Source: Thalia democratica
Taxonomy: Eukaryota
Direction: 5' to 3'
Length of the DNA stretch: 64,000 nucleotides
Assembly: GCA_965202585.1 (NCBI GenBank)
Contig: OZ241830.1
Span: 39,308,001-39,372,000, forward strand
Shown here in pieces: positions 37,361 to 49,741 of this stretch; position 1 is the first letter of the stretch; each line of letters opens with the position of its first letter. The position numbers were made by a program, and so were the translations under genes. The notes beneath the pieces were generated by a model. That model searched no databases. It had not been told where the DNA came from and was given only the letters and a program-made list of their open reading frames with translations.

Positions 37361-38349
37361 TTGGGAATTGCCTTACTTTAATATTGAATTAAGATTTTTT
37401 ACTTAAATAATAAAAATAAAACTTGTTAACTTAAACTGTTTAGACTAAAAACTAAAGCTAATTTTGCAAAACTTTTGTGACTAAAAAACGATCAGTTTAA
37501 GTTTGAATAAAGGATAATAAACTATAGCTAAAAATGAAGTCGAAAAATTGAATAAGTTTTATACTTTGTTAAGCTGAATTCTATTGTAGAAGTTGAAAAA
37601 AAAGCTTATCTAATTTTTGATATTTTTCTTAACTATACTATTTATATTTTTAAAGAGGTATGCTTTGAAACATAAGTGTTTAAACAAAAACTTACATTCA
37701 TACTTGTATTGATTTACACAGAAAGTAAAATTTTGCTAAAAATGCATGTCGGACAAAATAAAAAAAATTCCAGAAAAGTTTTCGGTTCTTTCAGTACTTA
37801 TGCTAGTTTTTTGTCACTAAAAACAATTATTTGAAACTAATACTAGAAATAATTATTATTTTATAACAACTTAAAGTTGGTTATATTAAAGCATATTTCT
37901 CAAACTACAATTTTTTCATAATAATAACAGATTTCAAAAGTTAATTATTCAAGTGTTGATTCTTTTAGTTTAAATAATGACCATACAATTTCAACTACTC
38001 GACCACGATATTAGTATAGTGAAGTTTTAACATTTTAAACAAAATCTAATTTTTAGTTTTAGTAGATAAGCCAGTAATATTTAGTTTATAACTAACTTGA
38101 TTAAGTAATTAAGCATTTGTTAAGTTTCATAATCTTTTAAAACTTAACACACTAAACAATTTAATTCAGTTCCATATACTTACCTAACTACCTAGCTTAA
38201 AATTTATATGCTCTTAATATGTATACTTAAAATTTTAATTTGGGGTAACAATTTAAAGTAAAGTGTTATAAACTTATTTAGTAAGTTCACTTGATTATTT
38301 GTGTTTATAAATATTTTGCTAAGTTAAACGATTGTGTAAGTATCAAAAT

Positions 38350-38658
38350 GGGCGCACGACTATTCAATTTGGGACAATTCAATTTGGGACAATTCAAATT
38401 GGGACAATTCAAATTCTTGAAAAAAAAAAGAAACGACCCGGCTAAAACGTAATGCATATTTGTCAAATAAAAAAATTGTATATGTAGGTTATTGGAATAT
38501 CTACAAGCCATTTTTTCTTTTTGCAAAACTTTAAATATATAATGAGATATGGCTGGGTAAAAAACATAGTTATTTTTTTTTGTTCATTTTTTTTTTTGTA
38601 AGAATTTGTATTGTCAGAATTGTATTGTCATATAATCTATCAGAATATAGGCAAGTCG
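38350..38658. mobile_element. Mini foldback/MITE-like element with 15-bp sub-repeats
   Basis: About 4 copies of gggacaattcaa(a/t)tt at 38361-38416 face two inverted diverged copies (gaatt(t)gtattgtc) at 38602-38629. Confidence 0.55.
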
Positions 38659-39704
38659 AAGCTAAAATTTAAGTTTAATGCTAAGTAATGTTTTTTTTTC
38701 TGTTTTTAACCTCTATTTGAAATTAGTATTTAAATCGTTATAATCTCTCTAGTTTGTTTCTTAACAAGTAATCCGAGGTACGTTTGCTTATTATTTTGTT
38801 GTACGACTCTATAACCAAAAGGTGCCTTTGTACACCAGGTACTTAGACAAAAATTTTCTAGCACTTTTCAATCGTTGAACAAACAATATATGTACTAATA
38901 TATACAGATCTATGTATACATTTATATATAGTATATTAGTAAATAGAAAGGCGACTTTTGATGAGTTAGATGCAATAAAACTCAAGTTTGTATACAAGGT
39001 TGAAAAGCAAGAACATGTTAGTTTTCAAACTTCCCAAAACATGACAGCCAAACATCTAGCGTAAGCCCTCTTAAAAATACATGTTAAGGCAAAAGAAAAG
39101 GCCTCTGGTTTCAATTCCCATCTAATACTGAAACCGAATGTTACCAAAACCTTTTAGTTTATGTTGTATCAATGCAAGAATATTCAATAATTTTTTCTAA
39201 TTTTTTCATATTTATGTAACCATTTTCCATCAGATATTTTCCTTTACATTATAAAAATATTTATTTAAAAAACTATTTACACTTTTGAAAAAATGAAAAT
39301 ATTCAATATTAAAATGATGCTTCACATATACTTTACACGCCTGAGTCAAATACAAACATTTTTATGATATCAGGGTTCCTATTTATCCTTGATTTAAAAT
39401 GCTAGATGTTCAAATTATTACAAAATGGTCTGGTTAACCGGGATAAAGTAAAAAAAAATTTTTCAAAACAACAGGTTTTTTTTCAGTATAAAACATAAAT
39501 ACAATTTTTTATTTTAGAATTAATCTTTTTCTTTTTTGTTGATAAAAAAGACTGAGTTTCTAAATGATTTGTAAATAACTTAAGTTAAGTTGTTAAATAT
39601 TGTTTATTATTTTTAAATCAATCATAGTTGTTGTAAAGCATTAAATCTTATTTTGACTCATAGAAAAAAAACTAGTTTAAGATTACACAGATATCTGCCA
39701 ACTA

Positions 39705-42005
39705 ATGGATAACAAAAGTAGTAAGTTTGCACTATATTTCATATTTAATAGTTATGAATATATAAATATATATACTTTTTTAACACTTAAAACCGAGAAA
39801 AGTTAAGAGAAAGTATTCAGATTTATGAATTTCCAAGTTTTAAAATATTAAATTGGTTGTTTTTAGAAATAAGTTAAATTGAAATTAATACATGACTGTA
39901 AAAGATTTATAGTATTTCGGTAAACTTTACTAAGTACTTATACTCTAAGGTTTTTATAACACAAATAAAACATAATTTTCTATAATATGGTTTTAAAAAG
40001 TTAAAATTTGTTTACAATTTTATTATGTTAATCAATAAAAATTTTACAAAATTTTATGGCGAACTTTAGTAAGCGTAAAAATTAATGAGTATTTAAAAAA
40101 ATTTCAGAGCTTTTTTACAACTATTGTAGTTTTTAAAGCAAAATTAATTCTATAATGGAAGCATTAAATTAATTTGAAACATATATCTTTTTAATATTTT
40201 TTTATTTTTTCTCAGGTTTTTAAATTTTTTAATTTAATATACTTGTTTTGTTTGAAACTTAGTGAAAAATATTTTAAAGAAATAAAGCTTCTGTAACAAA
40301 TTAAAAATACTTAACAAACTTTGTTGTAAAAAAACAAATTTTTGCAGATTGCTACATTTGTCTTTGTGAAAATGATGAAAAGTCTATCTCTCCTTGCAAA
40401 TGTATAGGTTTTTTTTTTTAAATAATGACTAAAAACTTTATAAAACTCTATTTATTCTAAAATTAGATTTAATTAAACCATATTAATAATTAAAGTTATT
40501 TATAAGTTGAACAAAGTTATTTTTGTTATCACAAAAAAAAATTCTCAAAATAACCTCTTTTTACTTTTGATTTATCAACATAAGATACAGTTAAATAGTA
40601 ATTCGAATTTACGTAGGTCTTATTAATAAGATTATGATGGTGAACATAAATTACATTAATAGTTAGTTTTAAAAGGTAATAGAATATCCTATATTTCATA
40701 GTTTACTATATCTTAAAAATATATATAACTTTTCTAAAACAACAAATGCTCATCTAAATAACTAATATTGTTGAATTAGTAATAAAAGAAAAAAAGAAAG
40801 CCTATTAATTTAAAAAATAATACTTATAAAATTATAAATTTTGGAATTTCAATTGTCAGATTTTAGTAGTCGTCCGCCTATAAGTTATGCATTCTCCGTT
40901 ATGTTTTTTCAAAAGTTGAAAAAAACAAAAACAGTTTGTGATATATAACCTATTTAAAAAAAATAGTGTTTTAATCAATAGAAACTTTTTTTGAAAAAAC
41001 AAATCGTAAATTTAAGTTTCTTTGATGCTAATGTTTTTAAGGTGGAAATAAGTTTGTACATGAGGCGTGTCTAAATAAATGGATCAAAGTTAAAGGAAAA
41101 AATGAATGCTGTATTTGCAAGTACAAGTTAGTACACGTTTCTTAGTATATATTGTTAGTTTAAAAAATGTACTCTGTTATTTTTTGGTTATAACTGTTTT
41201 TTTTATTAAAAAAGTAAAACTTTTTAATGATTATACACAAAAAAATAACCTGATTTTTATCTAACAACATTAGATGCTTTAGGTAAAATATTTATTTAAG
41301 CTAAAAATAGTCTGTGGTTTTATTTAAAAATTTAAAAACTTCTTAATGTAAAAATTTTATAATAGTTTTTGTGAACAAAGTTGAAACAAAAGTAGGTATT
41401 CTAAATTAAGGTTTGTGCTTACACTAAAAGTTGTTTTATTTTTAACTTTAATTTAATATAAACTAAGCATAAAAATACAATAATAATCAAATAGATATAA
41501 AAAAAGAACTGACTTATTTTTTAATCAAAATTAAACACAAAACTCTAGTAATTTTATTTTGAAGCTTACAAGTTTATTTCAAAAAACTTTAAAGCAGTAA
41601 TTGAAGTGGTCTACTTAACAGGTATAAATTTGAATTTTCGCTAATAAGAGAAATTATTAAGGCAATCAGAAAATTGGGAAAAATTTTGGCAATAATTATT
41701 ATGAAACTTTTTGAAGTTGTACCAAATGCTTTAATAGTATTTTGTCTTCCAATTGCCTTTTTTGGTGTATTAGCAGTTTTACTGGATATTCAAATTGAGA
41801 AGTTCGAGTAAGATTTAATTTGTTTTAAAACTTTTATCACTCAGTTGTATAATAAAAGTTTATTTAGACTTAAAGGTTAAACATGAAAATAACTTTTTTA
41901 GCTTAGAAATGTTTAGAATATTTAGTTTTGAATAATTAGAATGATTGTAAAAAATTTTGTAGAGGTATATTCCTTACTAAAGATCGAAAAATATGCAACT
42001 TCTAA
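39705..42005 (+). CDS. Minimal MARCH-like RING-CH membrane E3 ligase (~129 aa)
   Basis: Exons 39705-39720, 40348-40407, 41042-41126, 41622-41807 and 41963-42005 splice in phase to MDNKSNCYICLCENDEKSISPCKCIGGNKFVHEACLNKWIKVKGKNECCICKYKYKF...NALIVFCLPIAFFGVLAVLLDIQIEKFEGIFLTKDRKICNF*. Complete C4HC3 RING-CH plus hydrophobic segment(s). First and last exons are less certain. Missed by the ORF track. Confidence 0.85.
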
Positions 42006-42960
42006 GGAATGGAGTGAATGGAGAAACAATTGCTACTGCATGTTACAAGTTTCCATAGAATTTTTTTACCAAGTACAAAACGATATAAAAGATAATATGT
42101 TTTTATTTAATATACAAAAGAATATTTTTTTTTTTGGTGACGACGTTGAATGGTATTTTATGAACTTCTAAAAGTAGATTTTCCCGGTTAAAATGATTTG
42201 TTTTCTACCGTTAAAAATAACTTATTCTCTTGTGTTATTATAATTTAGCTCAACAAAAGGTCTATAATCGAAAAAACAAGTTTTTTTTTCTTTAATTAGT
42301 CCTTAAAATGAATGTAAAGAAAACTATTATTGTTGTAAGTTTACATTTAAATATGCAGTTTTACATTTGCTTTGAACTTTATAATAGCAAAGATAACTTA
42401 ATTATATAGGTTGCTAGACAATGAAAATTATAAGGTAGCGTTTGTTTTGAGTTTTGACACTATTAGTTAACACCATATTAATATATTTACCACAAAAGAA
42501 AAATGCTGTTTGTTTTATATAAAGAACAGCATATCTGTTTCTTAAAAACATTAAAATTGTTTTTAATCCTCAGCTGTAGTTCAAGTTCAATTGCACTTTG
42601 CTAACCATTACACAAAAGTTATACATAAAACCATGTGACGTAATTATGAAATATATACAGTACAAGTTTTTAGTGCAAAAATTGAGTTTCTCACAAAACA
42701 ACCAAATTAAGTTCACAAAAATTCAAATAAGTGACTATAACATTAAATACTTTAAACTTTATTTAATTTTAATAGTAGCTTTTTTTTATATGTTGACAAG
42801 ACGATACGAATTAGCTCCTCTTGTTTTTCTACGTATACACATCGGCCTTTTATTCTACTTAGCACAGCCTACAGACAGGGTTATTACCTGTGGAGTTGCG
42901 TGGTATTTTTCTTAGATGGTGCAAAAAATAAAAATAAAAAATTGCCGAGTTGCCGGTGCT

Positions 42961-43135
42961 GGAGTTGTCCCTGCTCGAGTCGCCTCTACTTGCGTTGCCC
43001 CTTCTGAGTCGCCTCTGCTCGAGTTTCCTCTGCTGGAGTTGTCCCTGCTCAAGCTGCCTCTGCTCGAGTTTCCTCTGCTTGAGATGCTCTGCTCAAGTCG
43101 CCTCTGGTTGAGTTGTCTCTGCTGGAGTTGCCTCT
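42961..43135. repeat. GC-rich 15-bp minisatellite
   Basis: About 11 diverged copies of gagt(t/c)(t/g)cctctgct(c/g). Confidence 0.9.
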
Positions 43136-45270
43136 ATTCTGCTTAGCTTTGTTTTCATTTTTGTTTATAATAGCTTTTGAAAGGATACTTAAGCCTGCAT
43201 TGTTTTAGGGAATTTTCAACTTCAGCTTACTTACCGCAAGATATTGATTTAGCGGTATTTCTTGCAGAAATTTTGCTTTTTTGAGTTCATTTGAGGCAGA
43301 TAACTAGGAGCTTTATAAAGATAAATTTGAGCTTTATAAAAGATTTTATTTTAAAAAAGAAATAAAGCGTTATAAATACTTGATTTTTACAAAATTTTAA
43401 GGTGGTGCAATTGCGGCAGCGCAACACACCACGCGACGCCCTTGGTTATTACCATCTGCTATAGGCTGTGCTGTTTCATAACCTTCAAAGTTTTTACGAA
43501 ATCAATGTTTTTGCATTTCTGGTCACTAACGTACGTAGAAAGCTTAGCTTTTTTTATATACACCTTCTTTGAAAGTTTTTTTATGATTAGCATATCGGAT
43601 TCTGAACTATACTGTTTTCTATTAATACTTCTGTTTAATAGAACAGTGAAACAACAGTATTTGAAAACTTATTGTTTTGTTCGCATACATATATATAATG
43701 TTTATTTAAAGTTTTAGTCAAGTAACCTAATGCTTCTCGAGCAACATTTGAGATATTTCTATCCTATGAAACAATTGTAAAAAACTGTCAATAATGTGTA
43801 AATATAAATAAATATATATATACATATTAATACTACAAAACAACAACTAACTTTCAATTTGTTTACTACACTTTCTACGCTTTAAGCATATCATCAAAGC
43901 AATAATAAAGTTAATAGCATATGTTTTTAAGCAGTATAAATGCATAATGCATATATACGTATAGACAAAATGCTATCCAATCGTTACTTACTTTAGTTTA
44001 TTGTTTGATAGACTTATAAAGATAAAGTTTTAATAAGCAGAAAATGGTTTTTTTTATAATTGTTCGTTAAAGTTGAACTTTATTTATAAAGCTTAACCAC
44101 TGGCTTTTGACTTTTACTTTGTATCTTATTTAAAAGAAAACACAACTACGAAAATTCAATTTACCAAAAAGGTCTAAAAAATCAATTTTCAATAAAAAAC
44201 GTTATTTTAAAAACTTTTTTTAAAGCATTTAGATTGCTTTTGTAATAAAATAACAAAGCTTTATATCCTACACCCTTTGATAAGTGAATGAGTTTATAGT
44301 TAATTATTGAGTAACAAACTACCCAACAATTACTAAGCAAATAAATATTAAATATGTAGCGTAAAACAATTATTTTTTGCTAACTGCTTTAGCTATAATT
44401 AAAGTAAAGCGTAAACGACCGTTAAAATCTCTATAAACTAATTGCTATTGTTTAAAACACAAAACAAAAATTTTAATAATCAATAGTTTTTATATTTAAA
44501 ATAAGATTTGATCCATTTCTATCGTAATAAAAGCATTATGTGTAATTATATTTTTTTGATTGATAAAAAACTAACACTTCTAAAACTAATTTGAATTCTA
44601 CTATACTATTTATAGCTGTTACTAAGTTTACTTGTATGGACATTTGCTAAAAAATTAGCTTTTCAAAACATTGCTTTACAATTTTCTATTAGTAATAATA
44701 AAATTTTCATTTGCAGATTACGGGATCAAAAACTGCGCCCCGCAAAGCAAAAAACTGCATCCCCGCGATGTATTACTTATGAGCTTAAAACATACATTTT
44801 CGAAACAAAGAAAAGTTAGTGTTAAAAACTTGCAGTTTAGGCTCTTAGTTCAATATACTTGAGATCATACCACATATTATATCTGATTTAAAAAGCTATA
44901 TTTATTGATATAACAGTTATTTTTCAAAATCTCGTCCTATGAAAAACTTTTTTCTAAAAATATCCCCGCGAGCAAGTTTTCTAGTAAAATTGGCTCGCAC
45001 CTTATAAAATGCTTCCGACACCTGGTTTATCAGACAAAAAGTATGAAAAGTTTTATAGCATAAAAACATATTTTGTCCTTTCGATAGGTAAGCTAGGTTC
45101 GACGGAGGAGGCCGCATACCTCCTACTGGTTCACTTCACTATAAAACGTGGTTCTACATCTAGCGATTTTCAAAGAGGAAAATAAACCTTTTTTAGACTT
45201 ATCCGGCGCTATCATTCTATTTAACATCGAACTTATAACAATGTTTGTTATACATACTATTTATTTAACG

Positions 45271-45385
45271 AAAAAAGGCGCTCAAAATGTTTAGTCTAAG
45301 GACCTTGTGTAAAAAAAAACTTATTATTAATCAAGTCTTACTTCACGAATACAGTTTAATGACTTGTCAAAGACATATAAACAGG
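45271..45385 (+). repeat. Short dispersed repeat shared with 61781-61890
   Basis: aaaa.gcg.tcaaaa..tttagtc..aggaccttgtg..aaaaaa motif and downstream similarity in both places. Confidence 0.6.
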
Positions 45386-45633
45386 TTTTAAATAGCTTGT
45401 TTAGTATATTACTAATTTTCTTTATTTTTTTAACTTTGTAATTAATTATAAATTTTTTATATAGTTATAGAGATGCTTGTTTAGTTAATAAATTTAATAT
45501 ACAAAACATACAAAACAGTATGCTTAAAATTAGAATGAGTCAATAAACACAAAAAAAGAATACAATAAAAATTTACAAAAAAATGTTACTCTACAAACAA
45601 TTTCAATTTTAATTGTTTTAATTTTTGAAGTTA

Positions 45634-46563
45634 CATCTGAAAATTAATAAGTATAAAGCCAAGCTCCTAGCGCATTTAAAACCTAAAACCTATTTTCAAA
45701 ATCCATTTACAACAGAAGTTATGACAGCTGGCGCGAAATGATTTGAAGAACTTTTGAATAAGTAAAGTTTTGATATCTTTTGAAATTGAATCGTCAAACA
45801 AAAAGCCTTAAAAATCCTATTAATTTGAAGTATTTAATTAGTCAAAACAAGTATTTAAAACTTTTTTCTAAAAATTTAAATAATAGGTTTATCCAATGTT
45901 TGTGACATTTCTTCTAATAAAACAATTTTGTCATTTTTCGTTAATGCAGTAAGCAAAACGAAAATATATTTTTTGTGCAAGTTAGAGATATAAATGTATA
46001 TATTTCTTGAAACCTTACAGCTGATACATTTAAAAGTTATTTAAAATATTTTCACGTAAATCCTAATAATGTTTTTTTAACTTTTTAAGACGGCTTTATC
46101 CAATGTGTTCTTGGAAAAAAAAAACTGTAAAATTCCATTTTTTAAATTTAATTGATTAGTGTCATTAGAAAAAGTTTTTTTTTATCATCAAAACTTGATG
46201 TTTAGCAACTAATAGATCTTTACAAGCTTTTACAACATGTAAACATTAAACTTAAACTTTTTCTGTTTTATTTTAGACTTTTAAATATTTTTTTATTAGT
46301 TCAGTAAAACCATTTTAGAAAGCCCCTACTTTTGTCTTATATCATTATTTTTTTCATCGAAATTTTTACAACCAAAAATATTTTCAATAGATATACGATC
46401 ATTGATTTTATACAAAATTTTACTATCTATGTTTAACTTGTTCAGTGTTATTCTAACCCACTTTGTAGCTTTAATTACCACGTTCTAATTTTCTAGCAAA
46501 AACGTTTGTTTGGCTTACAAAATACTTATTAATGAATATTTTTTTTATCACAAACTTTTAGAC
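45634..46563 (+). repeat. ~900-bp dispersed repeat, copy B
   Basis: Direct-orientation homolog of 32006-32900. Confidence 0.9.
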
Positions 46564-47315
46564 ATGGAGAAAATTTATTAGTTTTGACTATAGATATAAA
46601 ATCAAGCGATAATTAATATTTTTAACTAAAAAAACATAAACATAAGTCACTCATTTTAAAAAAGTTTATTAACTAATTTCGTTTAGCGCAACCTAAGAAT
46701 AATTTGCCGAAAACTGATAATATTATAGTGTAAATTAAGTTATAAACAATACCTGAAACTACCTTAAATGTTTTTGTTTTATCAATTTTGGCTTATAAAT
46801 TACTTCAAATCAGCTAAGTATAACTCAATTCTAATTTAAATATTTTAAACAGACTTTTATACTTTATGACGTAACTATTTGTTGCTAGACGTTTCAAAAT
46901 TATTGTTTATAACTAAACTGATACTATAATATTATCAGTTTTCATGAAGATTATTCTGAGGATGCGCTAAACGAACTTAATTAATAAACTTTTTAAAATG
47001 AGTGATTTATGTTTAAATTTTTTAGTTAAAACTTAAACCAAAAAAGACTATTTAACATATATATATTTACAGGTTTCTACAGTAATATAAACATATAGTA
47101 TTGGCTTTAAAACTTAGTTGTACTTGATATATTTAAATCATACTTAAAACACATTTTTTATTTGCGATAATTTTTTCTAAATCCAAGTTTAACGATATCA
47201 CCATTGTGGTAAAAATACGCATAATGGTAGAACAACAATTACTTTAAAATAAAAAAGAAACCTAAGTTCGATTTTTTACAAAAAAATAGCAATAATGACC
47301 CAAACGTATAATTAG

Positions 47316-47990
47316 TTACAAAAATACTTTTTGATTTCCGAAATCTTGTTCAAGCTTGTTGTTAAACATCATCAACTCAAACGATTCTGAAGATAACTTT
47401 CTTCTGCATTGTGGGCATACAGGCTTGCTGTTGCTCAGAATCACATCAGCACATTTACAGCAGATCACGTGCTTACATGAAGACACCACGATGTGAAGAT
47501 TTTCATCTAAAATTTCTCTGAAGGTGCTCGCACAAACCGAACAACTATTTTCTCTGAAAAACTTTACATTTTTTCTGCTTACATTGATCCTACCTAGCTC
47601 GTTTTTCAAATTTCTTTGAGAAATACCCTTGCCTCGATTAGATTTTTTGTTAGCTTTGTTACTGTCTCTGCAAGATAGGTGAGTCTCTTCAAGTGGAAAC
47701 ACAGGAACTGTGATTGATCGTTCCCTGTTATTTCCAATCTCCAAACTTTCCTGCAATAACTGCTTAAAGCCCTCTAGCATTGGAAGTGTTAGAGGTTTTA
47801 ATGTGGGGTAACAAATTGTTAAGTGTTGAAGCAGATTGTCTATAGCAGAATATTCATTTTTAGGCTCATAATTAATAAATCCTTCTGCGATTGGTCTATT
47901 TATGACATTTTTATCGAAAACACAATATTTCAGATTGTTCCATTGATTGTTCAAGCTTTTTCTGGTTATTTCAATAGTTTGGCAAGACAT
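47316..47990 (-). CDS. Intronless C3HC4 RING-finger protein (224 aa), probable E3 ligase
   Basis: Uninterrupted ATG-to-TAA ORF. C-terminal CSVC..VVSSCKHVICCKC..VCPQCR fits C-x2-C...C-x-H-x2-C-x2-C...C-x2-C. Confidence 0.9.
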   Translation of the reverse strand: MSCQTIEITRKSLNNQWNNLKYCVFDKNVINRPIAEGFINYEPKNEYSAIDNLLQHLTICYPTLKPLTLPMLEGFKQLLQESLEIGNNRERSITVPVFPLEETHLSCRDSNKANKKSNRGKGISQRNLKNELGRINVSRKNVKFFRENSCSVCASTFREILDENLHIVVSSCKHVICCKCADVILSNSKPVCPQCRRKLSSESFELMMFNNKLEQDFGNQKVFL

Positions 47991-48398
47991 TTCTCAATAA
48001 ATTTATAATGTTTCGGTATATTTGCTGTATAAAGGTTACATACATTTAATTTTTGTTTCTTGTTAGGCTTTTTATTATATAAAATATTAACTTTAGTTTT
48101 AACGAGTAGACAATTAAGTATTAAGTTAGATTGATATAGAACATTAAGTTAGTATAAATACCATATACTAATTGAAACAAAAATATTTTTATTACGCCAA
48201 CTTCATTATTATTGTAAAAAGAATCGGGATTAGGCAAAAACCCTTTTTTAGTGTAACTTACTACAAAACATAGTTTCAATTTTTGCTAATAGATGTTTTT
48301 AAAGCAGAACTATTCAACCTTATTTTTCTTAAATGTAGCAATATTAAGTTTTGATAATAACAAATTAACAGTAATCTCTCTTTGTTATACTAACACAT

Positions 48399-48640
48399 GT
48401 TTCTGTGTTATAACTGGTTAACACACTTCAACGGAGCTACTATGAAAGTCAAATACTCATACCTCTGACTTAATAGTCAGAGTATTTCTTGACTTTCATA
48501 TCACCTTTAAAGTTTGTTGAACCGTTAACACACAGAAACTTTTTGTAATTAAGGAAGAATACTGTTTAGTTTGTTGTTATTATATACTCCAGTGAACTTG
48601 TTTCGCTAGGATCTTTAATTAGCAAACTCTTAAATTTATT
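48399..48640. mobile_element. MITE-like palindromic repeat, copy 2
   Basis: Nested inverted repeats gtttctgtgt/acacagaaac, tatgaaagtcaa/ttgactttcata and ctctgact-taat-agtcagag give a ~140-bp hairpin. Homologous to 14246-14560. Confidence 0.75.
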
Positions 48641-48792
48641 GTTATTTAATTATTTTGAATAGAAATTAAGTTTTATAGTTTTTGCAATTTAATTTATTGA
48701 TAGAAGAAACTTGACAACTTATGTTTAAGAAACTATAGCCTTTATAACTCGATATTCTTATATGCTTAAATTATCTTAACTTTGCTATAAAC

Positions 48793-49705
48793 CAGAGTTT
48801 CCCAAACTCATTTACTTAATCGCCCCTTTTCCAGAAACTTGAAAAAAAATTGTCCCCCCATGATTTTATATAGTAATTTTTTTCTTGAGGACGCACTTTT
48901 GAGCCAAAAAAGTTATGTTGGGAATGTAATTAACTCTAGTACTTCTTATGCACGCACTTTTAGGCTATGTTTAAAGTAGCTTACAGGGCTAGAAAAATAA
49001 TTTACAGTTATTTTCTTGTAGGCCCAGTAAAGTGTATTAAAATATCTAATTATTAAAAAGCCTTGTGTAATCTGTAGTCAATTCTGTTTAAGTAAGAATT
49101 GTTAAAAAATTAATGTAACCTTTAGGTTAGTGGTTGACAAGTTTTGTAGTCAGCAAGTCATATTTACTAATAAATTCTTTTTAATGTCAATGTTTCTGTG
49201 TGAAAAAATGTTACAATGTCATGTAAACATGTAAAAAAATGTACTTGCGGGCTGCATAATTTAAAAAACTAACATAGAAGAAAATTAAAAAACTCGAGCA
49301 AATTTTTAATAAAATGATCTAGTATTATTATAATCTATGAAGTACTACTGTGAACTGAAAACCAAATTGAAAGTTTGGTTTAACACTAAAGTTTAATCTT
49401 TAAGGTTTAACAGTAAAATAGTACAATAAGTAACTGAAGTTTATGAAACCTAAACATTTATTTTATATGTATTTATATGTCTATTGTCTCCAATCTTAAG
49501 CTAGTTTAATGTAAAATAAAAATGTTGTTAAAAAAACTATTAAAACATTTTTGTTTTAAATTTAACCAACTATAGATTAAAGACAATCTTTTTTTGTTTT
49601 TATGAAACATATTTTTTTAACTTTTCAAATCACATTTTCCTAACAATTTGTTTTAAATCCCTTCCAGTTGGCTCTGTAGAAAGTGATTAAGTTTAATTAA
49701 TCACC

Positions 49706-49741
<36 letters not shown>

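Noticed and set aside
42598-44862. AT-rich hydrophobic ORFs of 60-105 aa (also many intronic ones across the window)
   Set aside because: F/L/I/K-rich products expected by chance in AT-rich non-coding DNA, mostly with non-ATG starts.
45010-45185. 58-codon frame MLPTPGLSDKK...
   Set aside because: Short, no recognisable motif, no partner exons, and it lies among repeat fragments.
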